From: Candidatus Niyogibacteria bacterium CG10_big_fil_rev_8_21_14_0_10_46_36
GTDB taxonomy: Bacteria; Patescibacteriota; Minisyncoccia; 1-14-0-10-42-19
NCBI GenBank assembly: GCA_002772995.1
Contig: PFCO01000001.1
Location: forward strand, 128,244-192,243
Length of the DNA: 64,000 nt
Direction: 5' to 3'
Shown: one piece after another, positions 46,714-56,193 of the stretch
Layout: the number at the start of each line of letters is the position of its first letter
Position numbering within the stretch: position 1 is the first letter of the stretch
The notes under the pieces: generated by a model
Seen by the model: only the letters and a program-made list of their open reading frames with translations
Database searches by the model: none
Told to the model about the DNA's origin: nothing
Made by a program: the position numbers and the translations under genes

Positions 46714-48373
46714 ACGCTGTAAAAAGAACGCCCTGGGACATATAATTTTCACATATGCCTGCCTCATTAATGAAAAAATGCAGGCGATCTTTTGTGCCGA
46801 GCTTATACCCGCTCCCCGACTGATTCATCGGCCCAAACTGATGCTGTCCTGCCACCGCACCGATAATCTCGCGGTTCACATATATCAGCCCTGATTTGCC
46901 GCCAGTAACCATGCCGCGCACAAATTGTTTTTTTTCCTCTTCGCTTTGCGAATAAATCCCTGCGGTGATATGCGGATATGCATTTGCAAGCAATATTGCT
47001 TCTTTGAGCGTACCTGCAAAAAAGATAAATAGAACCGGTCCGAATATTTCTTCACCCACCAAAGGCGAATCGTGCGGTATACCCTCAAATATCTGCGGCC
47101 CGATAAAATATCCGCATTCTTCCATGTGCGAGAGATCAACTGCTAAAAGCGGCTGTTTAATCTCCGCGCAGTCAGCAATCCGTTTCTTTATACGGTCAAA
47201 CGCATTTCTATCAATAACCGCATTGTAATTATATTTTTTCTTGCGATTCGCCGGATGGCCGTATTCCAAAGAAGATGCGGCATCAATAATCCGCGATGTT
47301 GCCGATACGGAAAATTCGTGTTTGGGTTCTGCAACTATGATAAGACGCTGCAACGCGGAACATTTTTCTCCTTGCTGTTCCCACTTTGAACGCAACACAG
47401 CCTTAATAACATCATCAAGGTTTGCGCTTCGCGTAACGATCATCGGATTGTTTGCGCCAAGCTCCGGCTCAAACCGCTTTATGCCATAGGGATACCCATA
47501 CGGATCATCCGCAACGGATAACGCAGCCGCAGTATTTATCTTATGTCCTACGCTCATAGAACCGGTAAAGCAAACACCCGAAACAAAACGATGCCGCACG
47601 AGCGCTTCACCAGTATCACCGTGCCCCGGAAGATACGCGATAAAATCAGCCTCCATTCCTGCGCGAAGCAAGAGACGCGCAAGGTAATATCCTATTATTG
47701 GGGATTGTTCTGCCGGCTTAAACAGCACGGGACATCCGGTCAAGTATGCTGCAAAGATCTTTTCGACACTAAGCGAAAATGGAAAATTCCATACGCTTAT
47801 TGCCGCAATCGGTCCTTTCGGGAGCGGAATGCGAATGTTTTTCTCCGACACAAGATCCGGACGCGAATACACCCGCACAAACACATCATCAATATGCCGC
47901 AGGTATAGTTCGCCAAAATCAATCGCCTCTTCTACCTCTCCGAGCGCTCCTTTGATCGATTTTGAAACCTCATGCGCTATAATCGTTGCTATGTGATAGC
48001 GCTCTTCGCGTATGAAAGATACCGCATTTCTCACCACATGTTTTCTTCTGTGAAGCCATCCATCAAAATCATCCCAGAATAATTCCTGACTCTTTCTGAA
48101 TGCCTGTTCGGCAACGGTACACGCGCGCGCCAGAAGTTCAGGTGTTGTTTTGCATACTTTCCCGAATATCTTATAACAATCCGCGGGGTCGTATACTTCG
48201 ATATACTCTTTTGTGTAATACTCCTTGCCTCCTATGAGTATGGGGCAGGGTTTCAGCATATCTAGTCTTTTTGAATCAATATAGCGAACCGCTTCTTCTA
48301 TGCGTGCATGCACCTTGGGATTGGAAAAATCTTCTTGCGGCTCATTCCGGAATTGTTCTTCTCTGTATTTCAT
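46712..48373 (-). CDS. L-glutamate gamma-semialdehyde (P5C) dehydrogenase-like ALDH (PutA C-terminal half)
   Basis: FRNEPQEDFS, EVEEAIDF, WNFP, KPAEQS, FTGS..VG, ELGANNP, GEKCSA, EEIFGPVL, YVNREIIGAVAGQHQFG..SGSG.K.G. Confidence 0.88.
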   Translation of the reverse strand: MKYREEQFRNEPQEDFSNPKVHARIEEAVRYIDSKRLDMLKPCPILIGGKEYYTKEYIEVYDPADCYKIFGKVCKTTPELLARACTVAEQAFRKSQELFWDDFDGWLHRRKHVVRNAVSFIREERYHIATIIAHEVSKSIKGALGEVEEAIDFGELYLRHIDDVFVRVYSRPDLVSEKNIRIPLPKGPIAAISVWNFPFSLSVEKIFAAYLTGCPVLFKPAEQSPIIGYYLARLLLRAGMEADFIAYLPGHGDTGEALVRHRFVSGVCFTGSMSVGHKINTAAALSVADDPYGYPYGIKRFEPELGANNPMIVTRSANLDDVIKAVLRSKWEQQGEKCSALQRLIIVAEPKHEFSVSATSRIIDAASSLEYGHPANRKKKYNYNAVIDRNAFDRIKKRIADCAEIKQPLLAVDLSHMEECGYFIGPQIFEGIPHDSPLVGEEIFGPVLFIFFAGTLKEAILLANAYPHITAGIYSQSEEEKKQFVRGMVTGGKSGLIYVNREIIGAVAGQHQFGPMNQSGSGYKLGTKDRLHFFINEAGICENYMSQGVLFTA

Positions 48374-49591
48374 TTATTCCCTCCCGGGGAGCGCCTGGAT
48401 TCCTTTTTGCAGGATATCTATAGCGTTTTTCATTTTCTTGCCGTGAAAACGTGCAAGGAAACTTTCGGAGCCTGTGTTGTCGTCAACGCGGCGGATCAAG
48501 AATCCTATACCTTGCGCAAAGCTACTTGTTAAAAGAACCGGCACATAGAAACGCACCGGAAGCCCGTTCGGAATAAGAGCCTGCTCTGCATACGGCTCGC
48601 CCATTCCACGGATAAGCTGGGTTTCGTAAGAACCGTGCACAAGCGCATGAAGGATGTGGTCGACATTATGAGTCCCCGACACCATATGCAGTCCTTGCCT
48701 AATACCCTCAATGAAACAGGCACGAAAATTCCTATTCGTGTCTTCTTTCACCGTCCAGACAGGAACATGCCATCCGCGTAATTCCGCCAGATACTGTTCA
48801 AATGAATGGTACGCACCGAGTACTAAGCGGACCCATAATTCATCTCCGTAGCGGTAATGCAAGCGTGCGAGCCTATGGATTATCTCAAGCGAATCAGTAG
48901 TATATGACTGCAATACACACCGGGCGATTGCGCCGTACTTTTTATAGTACCGCTCAAACACGCGGAGCTGTATCTCTCGGTAATCCCGTTCAAGCGCATC
49001 AAAGAATATATTGAATCCTGTTTTCTGTGCGAGCACAAAGAATGGCTCAAGCCGGTCGCATATCATATCAACCGAATATTCAAGCGAAAGAGGATCAATC
49101 TGGGAATACGCCGCTGAAATTTTTACCGACGCGCTGACATCATACGATGCGTCAATTCCGTATTTCGGAAGCCCAGAAAACAAACGGCAATAATCGTCTA
49201 CATATTTCTGCGCTTCTGTTTCGGAAAACACCGCGTCTCCTAAAATATCCAGATTCACTTTTATCTTCTTCTTATGGTATCCGCGTATTGTCCGCGATAT
49301 GCTCGAAAGATCATTCCCGCCAATAAAGCGGCCGGCAAAAAGCCGGAACCCCCAGTGAAGCTCACGCGCAAGCATGCGGGAAGACAAACGACCCGATGCA
49401 AACAGTGGCGCGAATGTCCACGGAAGCCTGTCATGGACAGGCTCAAGCACTTCGTAAAATGCGTCCCGAATATCTCCCGCATCATTCGTCTGGGAAACAA
49501 TCGTCGTCATCTGCATAAGGCGCGAGGCAACTTCTTTGTCGCCCAAAAACCAATCCATTGGATCCACGCCCATACATTCTAATACATTCAT
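48374..49591 (-). CDS. Proline dehydrogenase-like protein (PutA N-terminal half)
   Basis: RFIGG, NLDILGD, SVKISA, LQSY, VRLVLGAY, GTHN, QLIRGMG, RFYVP, FLIRR; SD AAGGAGG before ATG 49591. Confidence 0.8.
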   Translation of the reverse strand: MNVLECMGVDPMDWFLGDKEVASRLMQMTTIVSQTNDAGDIRDAFYEVLEPVHDRLPWTFAPLFASGRLSSRMLARELHWGFRLFAGRFIGGNDLSSISRTIRGYHKKKIKVNLDILGDAVFSETEAQKYVDDYCRLFSGLPKYGIDASYDVSASVKISAAYSQIDPLSLEYSVDMICDRLEPFFVLAQKTGFNIFFDALERDYREIQLRVFERYYKKYGAIARCVLQSYTTDSLEIIHRLARLHYRYGDELWVRLVLGAYHSFEQYLAELRGWHVPVWTVKEDTNRNFRACFIEGIRQGLHMVSGTHNVDHILHALVHGSYETQLIRGMGEPYAEQALIPNGLPVRFYVPVLLTSSFAQGIGFLIRRVDDNTGSESFLARFHGKKMKNAIDILQKGIQALPGRE

Positions 49592-49719
49592 ACTATTCCT
49601 CCTTGTCCGCAAAATCATGTATTTCAAGGGCGGGTTATTGTAATGTTTTCAAAGTATCTCCGGAACACTTTTTATTAAAAGTGCCAGGCAAACTGCACAA
49701 ACAGTACCACACTTTTCCC

Positions 49720-49743
49720 AAAAAGAAAAGCCCCTAAGGGCTT
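49720..49743 (-). terminator. Intrinsic terminator after tatD
   Basis: AAGCCC-CTAA-GGGCTT followed by TTCTTTTT on the minus strand. Confidence 0.65.
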
Positions 49744-49768
49744 CAAGCTATTGGCACTCAGCACACTA

Positions 49769-50611
49769 TCATACCCCGAATTTTTCTTTCGCATTCAAAA
49801 CCGTTTGTCGCGCCGCACCTTCAAACGACACTTCTTTGAGCTCCGCTATTTTTTTAACAACCTCTTCTACATATGCCGGCTCATTCCGCTTGCCTCGGTG
49901 GGGTGCAGGAGTCACATAGGGCGCATCAGTTTCGGAGAGTATCCGGTCAAGCGGGATATGACGCGCAACTTTATCGTAATCGTGCACGAATGTTATCACG
50001 CCGCCGAATGTAAACGAAAATCCGAGCGACAAAAACTCATCGGCAACCTCGCGTGAACCTACAAAAAAATGAACAACGCCATTCGTTGCGCTTTTTTCAC
50101 GGAGTATTTCAATAATGTCCCTGTATGCGTCGTCCTTTTTTGAGGGACGGCAATGAATCATAAGGGGCTTAGAAATGGCCTTCGCAATATCAATATGTTT
50201 GCGGAAAATATTTTTTTGTTTTTCTTTTATGGCGTCTATATCGCCTTCAATCCGATAATAATCCAGGCCGCATTCGCCAATTGCTACTACCTTTGGGTGG
50301 CGCGCAAGTTCTGTGTATTCTTCAACGCTGAATTCTTCTCCCCTACTTGTAAATCCTTCGCCTCCCCCTAATTCCTGCGGATCGTGATACGATGCATCGG
50401 TATGAATCGGATGAAGCCCTACGGTTGCATACACCCCGTCTTCGTATTGTTCCGCGAGCGCAACTGCCTGTTTTGATGTGTCTTTTTGGGTACCGACATT
50501 TATTATCCATATTCCCTTTCCGCGCGCACGCCAAATAACCTCGGACACATCATCCTTAAACGCAGCAAACTGCATATGCGTATGAGAATCAATCATCTTT
50601 GGAATTGACAT
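49769..50611 (-). CDS. tatD: TatD family nuclease
   Basis: IDSHTH, GLHP, AIGECGLDYY, IHCR, VHFF, SETDAPY, RNEP. Confidence 0.95.
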   Translation of the reverse strand: MSIPKMIDSHTHMQFAAFKDDVSEVIWRARGKGIWIINVGTQKDTSKQAVALAEQYEDGVYATVGLHPIHTDASYHDPQELGGGEGFTSRGEEFSVEEYTELARHPKVVAIGECGLDYYRIEGDIDAIKEKQKNIFRKHIDIAKAISKPLMIHCRPSKKDDAYRDIIEILREKSATNGVVHFFVGSREVADEFLSLGFSFTFGGVITFVHDYDKVARHIPLDRILSETDAPYVTPAPHRGKRNEPAYVEEVVKKIAELKEVSFEGAARQTVLNAKEKFGV

Positions 50612-50666
50612 ACAAAAATCATTATACTAGAATCAACAAGGATTTTAAACGGGGGTATGTGATTAT

Positions 50667-50918
50667 ATGGGTAAAGAACTAATGCCAACAAGCGGGAGAG
50701 GCAGTAAAGAATCGTACGCAACATGGGCACACCCAGGCGATATCCAGTGCGAACATACAGATACAGGAGTGTTGCTTACTATGCGCCAACCCAAAAAAGC
50801 CTCTTTCGCAGTCCAAAATGAAAAAGGATTTTTGCTTGAAATCTTTACGGATCCCAAAGAAAAAACAATAAAAATCCTCAAAAGGAAAGACACGAAAATT
50901 ATCATTGAAAATATCTGA
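50667..50918 (+). CDS. Small hypothetical protein (83 aa)
   Basis: Fills the tatD-metG gap, has an ATG start and ends at a bidirectional terminator; no recognisable family. Confidence 0.55.
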   Translation: MGKELMPTSGRGSKESYATWAHPGDIQCEHTDTGVLLTMRQPKKASFAVQNEKGFLLEIFTDPKEKTIKILKRKDTKIIIENI

Positions 50919-50921
50919 AGC

Positions 50922-50950
50922 AAAAAAAACGGCTCTCCTGGCCGTTTTTT
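50922..50950. terminator. Bidirectional intrinsic terminator
   Basis: AAAAAACGGC-TCTCCTG-GCCGTTTTTT. Confidence 0.75.
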
Positions 50951-52514
50951 ATTTTCTCGGGAAGAGCCCTTCTCCCATCGTCACGCGGAATACATCCCTT
51001 GTTTTGTAATCCTCGGGAGCTGCGCCAAAAATAGCAAATATCTTTTCAGATGTCGCGGGCAAGAACGGACGCACCATATCCGCAAATGCTAACGCGCCAT
51101 ATACTGTGTGCCATAATACCGCCCGCGTTTTCTCTGCGTCGGTCTTAATAAGCTTAAACGGCTCATAATGCTGGATAAACCTATCAAGCTCTCCTAAAAA
51201 TCCCCACGCGATATCAAGCGCCCGCGAAAATTGATACGCATCAAGTGCTTCTTGGTACTGCGGGCGGATATATTGCTCAAAGGAAAACGGCACGCTGAAT
51301 GTTTCTATATTCCCTCCGTTCACTTTATGTTGGCGCAAAAGTTCAGAAGATTCCTGGAGCGGCACCGCGTCCAACAGAGCGCCTTCAGGTTTTTTAAAAT
51401 CTTCCCCGAAATATTGGGTTATCATTTTTGCAACACGCGATACATAATTGCCGAGCCCATTTGCAAGATTTGCATTATACGCATCAACAAACCGCTCCTC
51501 TGTAAAGTCACCATCCTCAAACGGCTCTATCTCGCGGAGCAGAAAATACCGGAGCGCATCTGCGCTAAACCGACGCATAATATCAAAGGGGTCTATCACA
51601 TTACCGATTGTCTTCGACATCTTTTTTCCCCCTGATGTAATAAATCCGTGCACAAAGATGGCCTTCGGCAACGAAAGACCGGCGGATAAAAGCATTCCGG
51701 TCCAAATTGCTGCATGAAATCGCAAAATATCCTTTCCAATAACATGGAGGTTCGCGGGCCAATACTTCTGGAAATGCGCATCATCTTCGCTTCCAAACCC
51801 GAGCGCTGAAATATAATTTGAAAGCGCGTCACACCACACATACATCGTCTGCGTGTCATCTCCCGGGACCGGCACCCCCCACGGAATATCTTTCGCGGGA
51901 CGCGAAAAGCTTATGTCCTGGAGCCCATCATCCAAAAGCGCCATAATTTCGTTTTTACGCGATTCAGGAAACACCGTAAGCTCTCCCTTTGCAATGAGTT
52001 CTTTTATCTTTTTAGAATAACGGGAAAGTTTGAAATAGTAATTTTCTTCTTCAAGTAATTCAGGCTTCTGGTTGTGATCAACGCACTTGCCGTCAATAAG
52101 ATCCTTTTCGGTGATAAAGGCTTCGTGTCCTACGCAATAGAGCCCCTTATACGTCGCCTTATAGAGATCGCCTTTTGCTTCTATCTTTTTCCAGAGCACT
52201 TGCGCACCTGGCCAATGCCGCTTTGTATCCGATGTCCGTATAAAATCCGTATGCGATATGAAGAGCTCTTCTAATAGCTTTTTGAACGTGGCGGCATTTG
52301 CATCAACTAGTTCTTGCGGAGTTTTCCCTTCCTTTTCAGCGCTTCGCGCTATTTTCGCCCCATGCTCATCCGTGCCCGACAAAAAAAAGACATCATCTCC
52401 TTTGATGCGTCTCCATCGTGCAATGACATCTGTTTGTACCGCTTCAAGAGCAAATCCTATATGAGGCGGCGCGTTCACATACGGAAGCGACGTTGTAACA
52501 TAAAATTTTTCCAT
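50949..52514 (-). CDS. metG: Methionine--tRNA ligase (short monomeric form)
   Basis: YVNAPPHIGF, SGTDEHGAKI, YVWCDAL, IGKDILRFH, KMSKT, LANGLGN. Confidence 0.96.
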   Translation of the reverse strand: MEKFYVTTSLPYVNAPPHIGFALEAVQTDVIARWRRIKGDDVFFLSGTDEHGAKIARSAEKEGKTPQELVDANAATFKKLLEELFISHTDFIRTSDTKRHWPGAQVLWKKIEAKGDLYKATYKGLYCVGHEAFITEKDLIDGKCVDHNQKPELLEEENYYFKLSRYSKKIKELIAKGELTVFPESRKNEIMALLDDGLQDISFSRPAKDIPWGVPVPGDDTQTMYVWCDALSNYISALGFGSEDDAHFQKYWPANLHVIGKDILRFHAAIWTGMLLSAGLSLPKAIFVHGFITSGGKKMSKTIGNVIDPFDIMRRFSADALRYFLLREIEPFEDGDFTEERFVDAYNANLANGLGNYVSRVAKMITQYFGEDFKKPEGALLDAVPLQESSELLRQHKVNGGNIETFSVPFSFEQYIRPQYQEALDAYQFSRALDIAWGFLGELDRFIQHYEPFKLIKTDAEKTRAVLWHTVYGALAFADMVRPFLPATSEKIFAIFGAAPEDYKTRDVFRVTMGEGLFPRK

Positions 52515-52517
52515 ACG

Positions 52518-53552
52518 TTACGTAGTATGCTTTTCTGCCATTATATCATTTGATATCTCCACGATAACAACGACAATGGGAACTGCTAAAAGAACTCCCG
52601 CAATACCGCCTAACTGTGCGCCAATGATCATCGACAAAATGACAAGCGCCGGATGAACCCCTATTGCCTTACGCATAACAATAGGATAGACGAGATTGTT
52701 CTCTATCTGCTGGATAATAATGTAGAGCGCAAGCACCAATAGCCCCAGGATTGGCTCCTGCAAAAAAGCGAGAATAACCGCGGGGACGGCAGCAAGTGTT
52801 GCCCCGAATATCGGGATAAGCTCAAATACTCCCGCAAGTATGGCAAGCGAAAGCGCAAAATCAACCTGCAAAATAGCAAGTCCCAAAAAGCTCATAACGC
52901 CTACAAGTACTCCCAGCAGTATTTGTCCCCGCATCCATCGCCCAATCTTTCGCTTTGAGCGCTTCCATACATTCAGCACATAATCTTCATAATTAAGCGG
53001 GGTGATAATACGAAGGAAATTTTCTATTCCATTTTCCTGTACGGACAAGTAAAAAGATAAAACTACGATTACAAGCAACGAAAGCGCGCCACCGAATATC
53101 CCGGATACAGTTTGGAAAAAGTCCCCCGAAAATCCGGAAATAGCCTGGGAGAGCTCTCTGCCGATTGAGCCGAGGATGCTTCCGATAGAAGACGGCAATG
53201 AGGGAAAGTACTGGGCAAGCACCGTAGGCTCCGTAACATTTTGAATGAATGTAGGAATATCCGTTGCAAGGCTTGAGAATTCAGAGAAGAGCGGCGGCAC
53301 GACGAGCGAAAATGCCGCAGTAAGCACTATAACCGCAAGGATATATGTAATAAGTACGCCGATAACCCGAGGTATCTTTCTGTCTGAAAACCATATTGCC
53401 GCAGGCTCAACTGCCGACGCGATAACAACGGAAAAAATTGCTATCGCAAGAATATTCCGGATGATATACAAAAAAGCAAAAAGTAACAGAAAAAGAATGA
53501 CACGCAAAATGGTGCCGCTCCCTACTTCAATTATCTGCTTGCGAGACTCCAT
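52518..53552 (-). CDS. AI-2E family transporter
   Basis: Polytopic protein; WMRGQ, ELIPIFG, QQIENNLVYP, GIAGVLLAVP. Confidence 0.92.
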   Translation of the reverse strand: MESRKQIIEVGSGTILRVILFLLLFAFLYIIRNILAIAIFSVVIASAVEPAAIWFSDRKIPRVIGVLITYILAVIVLTAAFSLVVPPLFSEFSSLATDIPTFIQNVTEPTVLAQYFPSLPSSIGSILGSIGRELSQAISGFSGDFFQTVSGIFGGALSLLVIVVLSFYLSVQENGIENFLRIITPLNYEDYVLNVWKRSKRKIGRWMRGQILLGVLVGVMSFLGLAILQVDFALSLAILAGVFELIPIFGATLAAVPAVILAFLQEPILGLLVLALYIIIQQIENNLVYPIVMRKAIGVHPALVILSMIIGAQLGGIAGVLLAVPIVVVIVEISNDIMAEKHTT

Positions 53553-53557
53553 ACAAA

Positions 53558-54853
53558 CTACTTTTTATACCGCGAAGCATGCTTGATGAGCGTTGAGAGA
53601 TTCACTGATGCCCGCGGCCCTACGAGCGCGAAATTTATTTTTTTAGGATTAAAAACATCGCGCGCTACTTCTATAATATCATTCTTGGTTACTTTCTCAA
53701 ACTCCCGCAAGAGCTCTTCGGGGGGTTTTATATCCTTATAAAAAAGCTCCCGCTCAGCATAAAATTGCGCGATGTCATCAGATGATTCAAACGAAAGCGC
53801 AAGCGAGCCGCGCAGATGGTCTTTTGCAAATGCCAACTCCTCATCGGTCGGCCCGGAGAGCTTGAGGTCAAACATTTGTTCGAGCATTTTTTCTGCAGCC
53901 AGCTTTACCGAGCCGTGCGTAACACCTGCGCGTGCAAGGATATACCCGGAATCCGTATACGATTCAACACCGGATTGCACATAATAGGCAAGGCCGAGCC
54001 GTTCGCGTATTTCAACAAAAAGCCGGGAGGACATTGTGCCGCCCAAAATATCGCTCAACAGACCGAGCGCATACTTCCGCCTGTCGTACATATCATACGC
54101 CCGCGCCCCCACAACAAGATGCGATTGTTCCGTTTTTTTCGTAAATATTTTTTGCGCAGGACGCACCTGATGTTCTTTGACTGCGACCTTCCCCCTCGGG
54201 CGCCCTCGCTTGAATGTGAAAAATGCTTTTCGTATTTTCCGGAATGCAGTATCGCCATCAATATTCCCCGCAACAACAACAACGCTGTTTGTCGCAACAT
54301 ACTGGCTTTCCCGGTATTTTATAATATCGTTGCGCTTAATGCCGCGCATAGTTTCAGCGGTTCCTCCGATTGGCCATCCAGAAGGCTGGTTCCCGTAGAG
54401 CAGCTCTTCCCATACATCAAAGACCTTCCGCTGAGGCATGTCTTCGTACATTAAAAGCTCCTGGATAATAACACCGCGCTCTTTCTCTATTTCTTCCTTC
54501 TGAAAAAGCGGATCAAGCAAAATATCCGCGATAATATCAAGCGATGTATCAAAATGCTTCGCGGCGCTCTTCACCCAATATCCTGTCGTCTCTTTGAGCG
54601 TAAACGCATTAAACTGCGCGCCCATCCGGTCTAATTCCCGCGCAATCTGCTCGGGACGGGGACGCTTTGTAGTCCCCTTAAAGAATAGGTGCTCCAAATA
54701 ATGCGAAACGCCGTTTGTGCGGAGGGTTTCGTACTTAGATCCGGTCTTTACGAGCACCAGCAATGTTACCGCCTGTGTCGCTTTCATGGGGGCTACAATA
54801 ACACGAAGACCGTTGGGGAGCGTTTTTTTAAAAAATGATTTTTTCTTTTTCAT
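53558..54853 (-). CDS. M16 (pitrilysin/insulinase) family Zn peptidase
   Basis: GVSHYLEHLFFKGT (HxxEH), NAFT, EKERGVI.QE, SSRLFVEIRERLGLAY. Confidence 0.95.
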   Translation of the reverse strand: MKKKKSFFKKTLPNGLRVIVAPMKATQAVTLLVLVKTGSKYETLRTNGVSHYLEHLFFKGTTKRPRPEQIARELDRMGAQFNAFTLKETTGYWVKSAAKHFDTSLDIIADILLDPLFQKEEIEKERGVIIQELLMYEDMPQRKVFDVWEELLYGNQPSGWPIGGTAETMRGIKRNDIIKYRESQYVATNSVVVVAGNIDGDTAFRKIRKAFFTFKRGRPRGKVAVKEHQVRPAQKIFTKKTEQSHLVVGARAYDMYDRRKYALGLLSDILGGTMSSRLFVEIRERLGLAYYVQSGVESYTDSGYILARAGVTHGSVKLAAEKMLEQMFDLKLSGPTDEELAFAKDHLRGSLALSFESSDDIAQFYAERELFYKDIKPPEELLREFEKVTKNDIIEVARDVFNPKKINFALVGPRASVNLSTLIKHASRYKK

Positions 54854-54855
54854 AA

Positions 54856-56163
54856 TTATCCGAGCTTTTCTTTGATATATGAAGCAATAGCATCAGCGGG
54901 TATCCGTTCCTGCTCCATAGTGTCCCGGTCGCGTACTGTCACCGTGCCGTCTTCAAGCGTATCGTAATCAACTGTAATACACCACGGCGTTCCTATTTCG
55001 TCCTGTCTCCGATACCGTTTGCCTATATTGCCGATATCATCCCACGCAGCAGACATATCCTTCCGCAGCCCCTCGTACACATCCCTTGCCTTTTTTACGA
55101 TGTTCTCTTTATTAGAAACAAGCGGGAATATTGCAACCTGATATGGTGCGAGTTTTTTGGGAAGCTTAAGAACGGTGCGGACATCTTTTTCTTTCACTTG
55201 CTCTTCAGCATATGATTCTGCGAGCACCGCGAGAAACGCGCGATCAAGCCCGAATGTCGGCTCTACTACATGCGGCAGCTCATGCGTTTTTGTCTCCTCA
55301 TCAAAATAACGGATGTCCGTGCTGCTCCCCTCCATGTGGAGATTCATATCATAATCCCCGCGGTACGCTATCGCCATAAGTTCTTTTACGCCGAACGGGT
55401 ATTCGTATTCAAAATCAATCGTGCGCGATGAATAATGCGCGCGCTCTCCGTCAGGCAAATCATTCGCGTGCAGTTTTTTCCGCGACAAGCCGAGGATATC
55501 CGTCCATTTCATCATTTCTTCAGACCAATATTCAAATGCCTTCTTCCATCCTTTTTCATGTACAAAATATTCAAATTCCATAAGCTCAAATTCGCGCGTG
55601 CGGAATAAGAATTCGCCGGGCGATATCTCGTTCCGGAACACTTTGCCCACTTGCGCGATACCGAACGGCAACTTCGGGTGAAGCGTATCCATGACATTTT
55701 TAAAGTTAATAAAAATGCCTTGCGCGTTTTCAGGACGCAAGTATGCTTCAGATGATTTTTCTTCAAGCGGCCCTATCCATGTCTTAAACAACATATTAAA
55801 GGGGCGCGCTTCGGTTAGCTCTTCCTTGCCACACTCTGGGCATGCCGTACCCTCTATATGGTCTGCGCGGAACCGTCCCTTGCAATGCTTGCAATCAACC
55901 AGTGGGTCCGTAAATTCTTTGAGATGGCCTGATGTTTCCCATACTTTCGGGTGCAACAAAATAGGGGCATCTATCGCATGCACATCGTCGCGGCTATCAA
56001 CAAAAAAAGAAAGCCACGCCCTTCGGATATTTTCTTTCAGGCGGAACCCGAGCGGACCGTAGTCCCAGGTGCCTGCAAGCCCGCCGTACAGCGAAGAACC
56101 GGGGAATATAAATCCCCGTCGTTTAGAGAACCGTATGATATTTTCCATCTTTTCCTGATCCAT
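54856..56163 (-). CDS. glyQS: Glycine--tRNA ligase, alpha2 type
   Basis: RRGFIFP..YGG, YLRPENAQG, GKVFRNEI, RTREFE, PHVVEP, IGKRYRRQDEIGTP; alternative start 56184. Confidence 0.96.
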   Translation of the reverse strand: MDQEKMENIIRFSKRRGFIFPGSSLYGGLAGTWDYGPLGFRLKENIRRAWLSFFVDSRDDVHAIDAPILLHPKVWETSGHLKEFTDPLVDCKHCKGRFRADHIEGTACPECGKEELTEARPFNMLFKTWIGPLEEKSSEAYLRPENAQGIFINFKNVMDTLHPKLPFGIAQVGKVFRNEISPGEFLFRTREFELMEFEYFVHEKGWKKAFEYWSEEMMKWTDILGLSRKKLHANDLPDGERAHYSSRTIDFEYEYPFGVKELMAIAYRGDYDMNLHMEGSSTDIRYFDEETKTHELPHVVEPTFGLDRAFLAVLAESYAEEQVKEKDVRTVLKLPKKLAPYQVAIFPLVSNKENIVKKARDVYEGLRKDMSAAWDDIGNIGKRYRRQDEIGTPWCITVDYDTLEDGTVTVRDRDTMEQERIPADAIASYIKEKLG

Positions 56164-56193
56164 ACCTTTCCCGCCATAATACAAGATTTGGCG

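Noticed and set aside
48374-48376. Genetic-code reassignment or programmed readthrough at the PutA junction
   Set aside because: TAA, TAG and TGA all terminate well-formed genes here, and the downstream ATG has its own SD
49666-49683. CACTTTT-TATT-AAAAGTG stem in the proline dehydrogenase leader as a riboswitch
   Set aside because: A single weak AT-rich stem with no recognisable aptamer; it could be an operator, but this is unsupported
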